A stretch of DNA of 64,000 nt. It comes from Candidatus Hydrogenedentota bacterium (GTDB taxonomy: Bacteria; Hydrogenedentota; Hydrogenedentia; Hydrogenedentales; SLHB01). The stretch spans positions 32,001 to 96,000 of the forward strand of contig BTWA01000014.1 of NCBI GenBank assembly GCA_045863295.1, in the 5' to 3' direction. The notes beneath the pieces are model-generated. The model was not told the DNA's origin. It saw nothing but the letters and a program-made list of their open reading frames with translations, and searched no databases. A program made the translations under genes and the position numbers. Each line of letters begins with the position of its first letter. Position 1 is the stretch's first letter. Positions 56,374 to 64,000 of the stretch are shown one piece after another.

Positions 56374-57662
56374 AGATCGCCCTCATCAACCCCACCATGC
56401 CCGCCTCCTTGAAAAAGGAGAACTTGGGCCTCGCATATCTTGCCGCCACGTTGGAGCAGGATGGCCACAAAGTCCGGGTGATTGATGAAATCGCGGGCCA
56501 CAAAGTGGAACCCAGTCTCGAAGAATTCAAACCCGATATCGCGGGATTGTCCTTCATGACCATGTACGCGCCCCGTGCGTATCAATTGTCAAAGCTTATC
56601 AAAAAGCGCTGGGGCATCCCCGTCATCATGGGCGGCACCCATCCGTCGGTGTTACCCGAAGAGGCCATTCAACACGGCGATTGCGTCATTCGCGGCGAAG
56701 CCGAATGGAGTTTTCCCAAAGCCATTACCGAAGGTAAACTCGAAGGCATCATTGAGCAAGAGGCACCGCCCGATCTCGACGCCCTCCCGTGGCCCGCGCG
56801 CGACAAGGTGCCCCTCGATGTCTACGCGACAGCGGGGGAGGAGATCTGCGGGGTGAACTACCGCGCCCTCGGCGTCATCACGAGCCGCGGTTGCCCCTTC
56901 CGCTGCGAGTATTGCATCAACTCCCGGCGCGAAACCCAGCTGCGTTATCACGGTGCCGACCGCGTCATTGAAGAGATAAAATTCCTCAGCGATCGCTACA
57001 ACATTCAAAGCATTGCGTTTTACGACGAACTCATGGCCACGCACATCGATCGCTTCCGCGAGATCTGCGAACGCCTCATCGATACCGGTCTGAATAAATT
57101 GAAGTGGGAATGCCAGATTCACGCCCGCCGTATCCGGCCCGATCTGGTTCCCCTCATGAAGCGGGCCGGCTGCATCCAGGTCAATATCGGCTTTGAAAGC
57201 GGCAGCCAACGCATGCTCGATCGCATGCAAAAGGACTGCTCCGTTGAGATCAACGAACGGGCCGCGGCCCTCCTGCGCGAAGGCGGCATCCGCGTGCGCG
57301 GCAGTTTCATCATCGGCACGCCCGGCGAAACCATGGCCGATGTGATGGAAACTGAAAAATTCATCAAGCGTGCGCAGATTGACTTCGCGTCCATCCACTA
57401 CCTCACGCCTTATCCCGGCACCGCGCTCTACGACGAATTCAAAAAAGACATCCATGCCGCCAACATTGGCTGGGAAAAGTTCACCGCCGGCGATCCCGAC
57501 ACCTTCAACTGCAACCCCGCCATGTCACCCGCGCAGCAGAAGAAAATGTTCCTCCGCCTCAGCGCCCGGTCCGCCCTGCGCAACTACCCCCTCACCGAAA
57601 TGGTCCGCCTCGCCATGCGCAATCCACGCCACGCCATGCGCACCGTCGCTAATTTGTTCTAG
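56370..57662 (+). CDS. B12-binding radical SAM protein (class B methyltransferase-like)
   Basis: GTG start at 56370 overlapping the upstream TGA. NLGLAYLAA, GGTHPS, SRGCPFRCEYC, GFESGS and PYPGT. Confidence 0.92.
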   Translation: MKIALINPTMPASLKKENLGLAYLAATLEQDGHKVRVIDEIAGHKVEPSLEEFKPDIAGLSFMTMYAPRAYQLSKLIKKRWGIPVIMGGTHPSVLPEEAIQHGDCVIRGEAEWSFPKAITEGKLEGIIEQEAPPDLDALPWPARDKVPLDVYATAGEEICGVNYRALGVITSRGCPFRCEYCINSRRETQLRYHGADRVIEEIKFLSDRYNIQSIAFYDELMATHIDRFREICERLIDTGLNKLKWECQIHARRIRPDLVPLMKRAGCIQVNIGFESGSQRMLDRMQKDCSVEINERAAALLREGGIRVRGSFIIGTPGETMADVMETEKFIKRAQIDFASIHYLTPYPGTALYDEFKKDIHAANIGWEKFTAGDPDTFNCNPAMSPAQQKKMFLRLSARSALRNYPLTEMVRLAMRNPRHAMRTVANLF

Positions 57663-60055
57663 TTTTTCTGTGACTGCAATTTGATATGTTCGCGCCACTG
57701 GGAGAGGTCATACCAATCTCCGCTACTCGGGTCCGGCGCGAAGTTGGGCACTATATCCTTGACCAGCCTCGGCGGCAGTTCCGGCTTGTCCATGACCCAG
57801 AGTTCATGGCCATTGCCCATGCGGGGCGAGCTGAAGAATAGTTTGCCCTCATAAACGGTAAGCTCTTGTGGATGCCAACCCAATTCGGGCACCAGATCCA
57901 GGGGTTGCGTCGGTATGCGCGTGAAACCAGGAATTGCATACGACACAATGTCGTACCCCTCGGGTGATCCCATGATGACATTGGTGATCACATCACCCCA
58001 CACCGTGATGTCGCGGGGAACGCTGCCCAGGGGCTTGTAGCGATGGTCTGCCACCACCTGTGTGCCACCCGTCGTCCCATCCGTCCGCCAAAGTTCTACC
58101 CCCATATTCAGATTCTCGGCGCGAAAGACGACGCCTCCCGGTGTATTCGTAAAGGCTGTTGGACTGGAACTGCCCGGTCCAGGGAAGATATCCGCCAGCA
58201 TCCCAAACGAACCGGTAGCATGCTCGTAACACCACAGCTCATACCCACAACCGGGCGTATAGCCGGCGAAGAAGATGAACCGGGAGGTCTCAAGCCAGTC
58301 TTCCGGACCAAGCGGCGTTGGGCGTACGGATTCCCAGGTTTCAGCGTCCACCAATTCAATCAGCGGACACACCTGTTCTGTGCGCGGCCACTGATCGACA
58401 GGCGCCAGACGGTGTTCATCGTGCAGATATTCATAGGTCTGCCCTTCAGCCGTCTGAATGTACAGACGGGTATCAATACTGTCCATTTGCAAGGCATCCC
58501 GTATTCGCTCTGCCTCCTCTGGCGGAAGGACGTTTACCGTATTTGATTCCAGCCCATCGGTGCACCAAAGGGATTGCCGGCCGGTCCGGTCGGTGGCTAT
58601 GAAGTACAGCTTTCCCCGGTTCGGTGTTAGCAACGCGGGGAACGAAGATCCAATCGACCTTATGTTGGGCCGCACCCGTGCGACAAGCTCCGTGCCGTCT
58701 GTCGTGCCGTCGGTTTTCCACAGTTCGCGTCCGTATGCTGCATGGGTTGCGCCAAAGTAGACGGCGCCATTGGCAAGAGTGAGATCGTAGGGTTCGGAGG
58801 ATTCGCGCCCGGGATTGATGTCCTTGACCAGCACCGTGCCATCCGCTGTGCCGTCTGTCCGCCACAGCTCCTCGCCGAATTCGGGATTGCTGCAACTGAA
58901 CAAGACCCAATCCTTGAATGCTATCAGTTGATACGGGCGCGAGTCCGCGGGGCCCGGTATTAAATCACGCAGTAGCTGGGTGCCGTCTTCGGTGCCATCG
59001 CTGACCCAGATCTCACTTCCGTTGTCGGCGGTCTGCGCGGTAAATACGACTCGATTGCCAACCCCGCAAATTTGATAAGGGGCCGAATCGGCGGGCCCTG
59101 GATTGATGTCTTTGACGAAACGCGGTCCATCTTGCATGCCGTCGGTGCACCAGAGTTCGACACCGGCCGATTCCGTGCGCAGTGCCATGAATAGGTGCGC
59201 ATCGCTTATCCCATACTGTATGGTGCGACCGGGTACGCTATAGACATTTTCTAGCGTTAGTATCGTGCCTTCCGAGGTGCCATCGGATGCATAGATGTCA
59301 AAGCGCTCCTTTTCACCTGTCATCACCAAGAAATAAAACTGCCCCTTGAATACCGGCCCCCAATAGATTGGACGGGAAAAGGAGACGGCCGCGCCGCTAG
59401 CCGACAGAACCGGCTTGGTCGTATCCGGAGTGCCATCGGATTGATACAACAACATTTCCGATTCGGATACGCGGGCGAAAAAAAACAACCGATCGCCGAG
59501 CAAGTAGGGGACAGTCATCTGAGGGACGGCACTGGAAGGACCCGCATAAATGTCCGCCAACAGCGTCAATTCGCCGCCGCCTTTTTCCATCGCCCACATT
59601 TCCCATCCGGTTTCCTGGGTGTCGAGGGTAACAAAACAGGCCTTGCCCGTTTCCCACGCCCACAGAACACTTGCGCCGCCCATGCTGACGTCGTGCCGGC
59701 GCGGCCGGTGATCCGTTTCCCCGATCTGCCAGACACACTTCGGCATGACCAAATCGTTGAAACGGTGCGGCGCCGCGAACACCAACATCGATCCAACGCC
59801 ATAGACCCCTTGGTAGTCACCGTCCGCGGATCCCGGCGCTTCATCCAGAGCCAGTGTCAGTCGGTCCGATGGATCCAGCCGCCACAACTCCCGCCCGTGG
59901 ATGCCATCGTCGGCCATAAAATACAGCCCGTGACCCGTCGCGCGAAGCGTGTCAGGACTGGATCCGTTGATGTCAAACGGGAGCGACACAATGTCGGTCT
60001 GTGCCATGAATGAGGTCAACAGCATCATGGCCGTCAGGACTGGATGCCCCATCAT
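57659..60055 (-). CDS. Secreted ELWxxDGT-repeat beta-propeller protein
   Basis: About 12 repeats (GRELWKTDGT, GEELWRTDGT, GSEIWVSDGT, GVELWRTDGT and others) with DI.PG..SS.P spacers. The ATG at 60055 overlaps the kinase stop and is followed by a signal-like segment. Confidence 0.92.
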   Translation of the reverse strand: MMGHPVLTAMMLLTSFMAQTDIVSLPFDINGSSPDTLRATGHGLYFMADDGIHGRELWRLDPSDRLTLALDEAPGSADGDYQGVYGVGSMLVFAAPHRFNDLVMPKCVWQIGETDHRPRRHDVSMGGASVLWAWETGKACFVTLDTQETGWEMWAMEKGGGELTLLADIYAGPSSAVPQMTVPYLLGDRLFFFARVSESEMLLYQSDGTPDTTKPVLSASGAAVSFSRPIYWGPVFKGQFYFLVMTGEKERFDIYASDGTSEGTILTLENVYSVPGRTIQYGISDAHLFMALRTESAGVELWCTDGMQDGPRFVKDINPGPADSAPYQICGVGNRVVFTAQTADNGSEIWVSDGTEDGTQLLRDLIPGPADSRPYQLIAFKDWVLFSCSNPEFGEELWRTDGTADGTVLVKDINPGRESSEPYDLTLANGAVYFGATHAAYGRELWKTDGTTDGTELVARVRPNIRSIGSSFPALLTPNRGKLYFIATDRTGRQSLWCTDGLESNTVNVLPPEEAERIRDALQMDSIDTRLYIQTAEGQTYEYLHDEHRLAPVDQWPRTEQVCPLIELVDAETWESVRPTPLGPEDWLETSRFIFFAGYTPGCGYELWCYEHATGSFGMLADIFPGPGSSSPTAFTNTPGGVVFRAENLNMGVELWRTDGTTGGTQVVADHRYKPLGSVPRDITVWGDVITNVIMGSPEGYDIVSYAIPGFTRIPTQPLDLVPELGWHPQELTVYEGKLFFSSPRMGNGHELWVMDKPELPPRLVKDIVPNFAPDPSSGDWYDLSQWREHIKLQSQKN

Positions 60056-62259
60056 GTCTGGGCCGCAACAGTCTGACCGGACACACCGGATACTCTGGAC
60101 AGCAGACCGTGCCACGGCTCATGCAAGTTGGGCCATCCCCAAACCGCGATCGACGGGCCGCTGGCCGGTTCGGACGCTGTAATTTGCGCGTTCACCCTCA
60201 CAAAGTGAGGGACGAACGCCGCCGTGCCATCGCCGATCTGTGTCCACGGGAGGCGCAACTCCAGCGTCAAGCGCCCCGCTTCCTCGTGCCAGGCCTGATC
60301 CAACGGTTCCTCCAGCACAATTGACCGTCCGCGCGCCACACGCTGCACCACTGCGCGATCCGGCGTGATCTCCACGACAGCATACGGCGAATTCACGATC
60401 GGCACGCTACTCAGGGCAAGCACGGCGAACCGGCATCGCCATCCGCGACTCTCCGGCACTTCCGCGTCTAAGGCCAGATATAAACCTTCTTCACTGCTTC
60501 GTGCATGCAAGGTGCCTTGACCCGCCGGCCAAGCGTCGATCGAAGACGCCGGCCAGGCGTCCTCGTCCGGCACGCCATCCACATGAATCGTGGCATCGCC
60601 CAAGCCCAAGGCGTCCACACGGCCGCCGGCAAGCGCCGGCACGAAATGATCGAATGCAGTCACCGCCTCTGGATTGCGCGCCGACAACTCCTGGTAGATG
60701 ATGGACGCAATCCCGGGCGCGGCCTCCAGCGCGGCCAGGAAGGCCGTATCGGTCACAGTGGAGTCGGCAGGCGTCAGCAGAAGCGCATCGATCAACGGTG
60801 TGGGCGTTGTGCTTCCATCCAATGTCAACGACAGCAACACCGGATTCTCGAAATTGGGCGCCTCGTCTGCCGTACCGCGTATGTTGCCCCACCGAAACCC
60901 GCCGTTGCTGCCGGCCACATACGCGCCCCAATGGCCCGTCAGGGTCATTGTTCCGCTTGCGGAGGGCCGCAGGTCGCCCACCCATGCAGCGAAATCCGAG
61001 TACGCAATGAGGTGGTAACTCGATACGACCGGATCGTGTTCGACAAGGATATGCCATTTCGCTGCCGGATCCATCTGGCTGTGGCCCCGCCGGATCTCCC
61101 GGTGGTTGGACATGGCGTCCCGCGTGGACGCCAAGATCGCCTCGGCCGTGGGAATGGTGTGCTGTAGCACCTGCTGCGAGGGGATGGCCTTTTTTACGGT
61201 CATCGAGTCACTTGAGTTCACCTCGTTCCGCATGGACCAGCCGGCGGTGCCGGCCGCCGCCAATCCAGCTACGATGGCTACGCCTGCAAAGATCTGCCGT
61301 ATGAGCCGGCCCTTGTTCGGCTGCTGTACGGTGCTGGGCCAGTTTCGAAACGAAGGCGCCGAGGCTGCGCTTGCCGCTTCTCGATCCAGCGGTATGGTTT
61401 CAAGGCTGAATTCCGGTTCCTGGGTCATTTCCGGGCAGGTTGCGAGGATATCCAGGCAAGCTGCGGCGGTCGGCAGTCGCTTCGTTGCATCTCGCATGGT
61501 CATGGCATCGATCAATTCCGCCATAGTGTGCGAAACGTGGTCGACCGTGCCCGCGATAGGCGGCATGGGATTTTGTACGAGGGTGAGAATAAACTGGTAT
61601 GGGTTGCCGCTGGTAATTGGAATGGGGCCTACCACGGCCTCGCGCGCCACCATCCCCAGTGCGTAAATGTCGAATTGCGGTGTCGGCGTCTGCGATTCGA
61701 ACGCCTCTGGGCACATGTATTGCGGGGTACCCGCGAACATGACCGTAGAGTCTCTCTCCCGAAGTACCGTTTCCCATGCGCCATCGGTTAGCCGTGAGAT
61801 ACCAAAATCACTTAATTTGACCACGCCGTACGTGTCAAAAAGAAGGTTGCTCGGCTTTACGTCACAATGGATGACGGAGGCTTCGTGGCAGCATTTAAGT
61901 GCCCCCAACACCGATCGGAGTATCTGGGCGAGCCATGCTGGCGAAACGCCGTGGGTCAGGGCCGCGCGAAAAGAGCCCCCCGCCAGATACGGCATATCAA
62001 TCAGGAATTGACCTTCTACCTGGTCCAGCGAATTGATGTGGACAATATTGGGGTGGCTCAACGCCGCGATTGCGCGTGCTTCTTTCTGAAACGCCCGCAT
62101 GGCTTTGGGGTCGGAGGTCAGCCCTGGCCGTAGCATCTTGAGCGCGACTTCTCGGTCCAGGCTGGTGTCAATGGCGAGGTACACCACGCCCATGCCACCA
62201 TGGCCCAGTTCACGCACTATCTTGTACTTGCCACCGGCAAACTCAGGGTACACTGCCAT
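60052..62259 (-). CDS. Membrane Hanks-type Ser/Thr kinase with extracytoplasmic CBM9/DOMON-like domain
   Basis: GHGGMGVV, VALK, HCDVKPSN, DFG, GTPQYMCPE and a TM (IFAGVAIVAGLAAAGTAGW). C-terminal I.VDG..DE..W...LYLA...LELRLPW. Confidence 0.9.
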   Translation of the reverse strand: MAVYPEFAGGKYKIVRELGHGGMGVVYLAIDTSLDREVALKMLRPGLTSDPKAMRAFQKEARAIAALSHPNIVHINSLDQVEGQFLIDMPYLAGGSFRAALTHGVSPAWLAQILRSVLGALKCCHEASVIHCDVKPSNLLFDTYGVVKLSDFGISRLTDGAWETVLRERDSTVMFAGTPQYMCPEAFESQTPTPQFDIYALGMVAREAVVGPIPITSGNPYQFILTLVQNPMPPIAGTVDHVSHTMAELIDAMTMRDATKRLPTAAACLDILATCPEMTQEPEFSLETIPLDREAASAASAPSFRNWPSTVQQPNKGRLIRQIFAGVAIVAGLAAAGTAGWSMRNEVNSSDSMTVKKAIPSQQVLQHTIPTAEAILASTRDAMSNHREIRRGHSQMDPAAKWHILVEHDPVVSSYHLIAYSDFAAWVGDLRPSASGTMTLTGHWGAYVAGSNGGFRWGNIRGTADEAPNFENPVLLSLTLDGSTTPTPLIDALLLTPADSTVTDTAFLAALEAAPGIASIIYQELSARNPEAVTAFDHFVPALAGGRVDALGLGDATIHVDGVPDEDAWPASSIDAWPAGQGTLHARSSEEGLYLALDAEVPESRGWRCRFAVLALSSVPIVNSPYAVVEITPDRAVVQRVARGRSIVLEEPLDQAWHEEAGRLTLELRLPWTQIGDGTAAFVPHFVRVNAQITASEPASGPSIAVWGWPNLHEPWHGLLSRVSGVSGQTVAAQT

Positions 62260-62462
62260 TTCCTGAGATGACTCCGCCTCACACCGCCTGCAACCCTCGC
62301 TACACGCCTATATTGACAAATGCGGTGCCTCAATATCACGTTATAAAAGGAACCTCGCAAGGGCAAACCGTGTTCTACTCGGTTGACGCGTGACTGCCGC
62401 CTGCATTACTTTTGTCATCCGTGGCAGTGGCCAAATTCAATTTGCACAGGAAGGGTTGCACC

Positions 62463-63776
62463 GTGCACGTACCAAAGACTCGCTCCGGGCTCGTTTTGGT
62501 TCTTCTTTTTGTTGCCTGTGCGCCTGTTCTGGCGCAAGAACTGCAGGCGGGTACGGCCGTTCGGGACATCACTCCGCAGAGCCCTGTGCCCATGTGGGGT
62601 TATGGGGATCGTCATGCGCTTTTGTCCAAAGGGGTCATGGATCCTTTGTATGCAAAGGCCCTGGTTCTCGAGGCAGGCGAGGCGCGAATAGCCATTGTAA
62701 CCACGGATATTGGCCGCGCCCCTACTGAAGCGATTATGCAACGGATTCGACCGGCTGCGTTGGAGAAGGCGGGCGTGCAACACGTCCTCATTTCCGGATC
62801 ACATACGCACCACGGGCCGGTGATAGAGATGATCGACGAGGCTGGGAAGGGCAAAGGCACGTTTGACGCCGCCGTAGCTTATACCAAGACATACGAGGCC
62901 GCGCTGATTGATGTCATTGTGGAGGCCGCCGGAAACCTGGAGCCTGCCCGGATCGGCTACGGTTCCAGCCAGGTGGACCTGAACCGCAACCGGCAAGCGA
63001 AGGTGGAACCCAAACCGCGGGAGACTGAACTCACGGTGGTTCGAGTTGACGCTGCAACTGGAAATACACTGGCCACCATCGTCAATTTCGCGGCACACCC
63101 GACCATGCAGCCGGGCGAGGATCTGCGATTTTCAGCGGACTACTGCGGCTGGATGATGAAGACTGTGGAGGAATCGGTTGCCGGCCAATGTATGTTCGTA
63201 CAGGGCGCCGCGGGCGACATGTCTGTACAGGCGCCCCAAGAGGCGTCCACGCCAGAGTTGTATGGCAAGGTATTGGCCGCGGAGGTACTCAAGGTCGCGT
63301 CCGGCATACAGACTACCTCTCCTGAGACTCCCAGCATCCAATTCACTGAGCATACGTTTGAAGGTAAGTCGCGCGTGGATTTGGCCAATCCAATGATTCA
63401 AACGCTGTTGAAGTCTGCATTTTTTGACGAGTTTGTTGAAGCGTTCATGGTGGAGCTTCGTGGCGAAACCATTCGGCCCGTGTTATCCACGGCGCTTATC
63501 AACAGGGAAATCTACTTTGTGGGCGTTTCCGGTGAATTTTTCAGCAGTCACTCGGTGCGGTTAAAGCAGCGGATTCGCGGCGCTCAGGTCGTTTTTCAAG
63601 GCTACTGCAACGGCCACCATCTGTATTTTCCCACCATTGAGCAGGCCGCCCAAGGAGGATACGGGGCGGATGCCACTGTGTCGTGGGTGCCCCTGGGTAT
63701 GGGTGAAGAAATGATGAACCAGGCAGTAATCGATTATTACACGATGCGCGGGGAGTTGAAGTCCGGCATGCCATAA
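62463..63776 (+). CDS. Neutral/alkaline ceramidase-like secreted protein
   Basis: Signal peptide, AG...DITP...MWGY, DPLYAKAL, SHTHHGP, NFAAHPT, SADY and QGAAGD. GTG start after AGGAAGGG. Confidence 0.85.
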   Translation: MHVPKTRSGLVLVLLFVACAPVLAQELQAGTAVRDITPQSPVPMWGYGDRHALLSKGVMDPLYAKALVLEAGEARIAIVTTDIGRAPTEAIMQRIRPAALEKAGVQHVLISGSHTHHGPVIEMIDEAGKGKGTFDAAVAYTKTYEAALIDVIVEAAGNLEPARIGYGSSQVDLNRNRQAKVEPKPRETELTVVRVDAATGNTLATIVNFAAHPTMQPGEDLRFSADYCGWMMKTVEESVAGQCMFVQGAAGDMSVQAPQEASTPELYGKVLAAEVLKVASGIQTTSPETPSIQFTEHTFEGKSRVDLANPMIQTLLKSAFFDEFVEAFMVELRGETIRPVLSTALINREIYFVGVSGEFFSSHSVRLKQRIRGAQVVFQGYCNGHHLYFPTIEQAAQGGYGADATVSWVPLGMGEEMMNQAVIDYYTMRGELKSGMP

Positions 63777-63795
63777 GAAGGCGAGGGCTGTGGAG

Positions 63796-64000
63796 ATGAC
63801 GGTAAAGGCGGCGCGCCTGTGCGTGCTACTCATCGCAGTCACGACATATGTTTGGAGCGAAGAAGTGGAGAAGCCTTTTCGAGCCGGCTTCGCGAAACGC
63901 GACATCACGCCGTCCGAGTCCGTTCCCTTGTGGGGCTATGACGCTGAGAATCGCCCGGACAATTTATCCAAAGGCGTTCTTGATCCCTTGAATGCCAAGT
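63796..64000 (+). CDS. Second ceramidase-like protein, 3'-truncated by the window edge
   Basis: Manual translation MTVKAARLCVLLIAVTTYVWSEEVEKPFRAGFAKRDITPSESVPLWGY...KGVLDPLNAK parallels the upstream gene's N-terminus. Confidence 0.85.
   Translation, partial: MTVKAARLCVLLIAVTTYVWSEEVEKPFRAGFAKRDITPSESVPLWGYDAENRPDNLSKGVLDPLNAK

Noticed and set aside
1..64000. CRISPR arrays, tRNA/rRNA, transposases/integrases, phage or defence genes
   Set aside because: No regularly spaced repeats, tRNA cloverleafs or diagnostic protein motifs were seen by eye. A tool-based scan could still find small elements.

Overview
This is a gene-dense, moderately GC-rich bacterial chromosome segment. I found no rRNA, tRNA, CRISPR array, transposase or integrase. 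The protein styles (DUF1559 prepilin, ELWxxDGT propellers, giant modular surface proteins, ceramidase-like tandem) suggest a PVC-like or Ca. Hydrogenedentota-like organism, which is inference only. Contents in order: (1) the end of a GspE/PilB ATPase plus a pseudopilin cluster; (2) an NDP-sugar epimerase; (3) a PAS-GAF-GAF hybrid kinase convergent with a REC-HD-GYP protein; (4) a moxR-DUF58-batABCDE operon running straight into glnD and degP; (5) a REC-PAS-GGDEF cyclase and an AEC transporter; (6) two giant secreted proteins (2142 and 1575 aa) flanking a gmhA / DHS-like / 5-FCL / glycosyltransferase-like block; (7) ppc, a sialidase-family protein, kup and an AspT/YidE transporter; (8) hflX-NUDIX followed by four radical SAM genes; (9) a membrane Ser/Thr kinase coupled to an ELWxxDGT protein; (10) two ceramidase-like genes. 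The strongest novel leads are: the two giant surface proteins share an unnamed ~250-aa C-terminal domain plus a TM/basic tail and each has a sigma54-type promoter; a cluster of three B12-dependent plus one SPASM radical SAM enzymes with no known product; a non-RD receptor kinase paired with an ELWxxDGT protein; and several unexplained intergenic elements. All family calls come from reading motifs by eye. No database searches were run.
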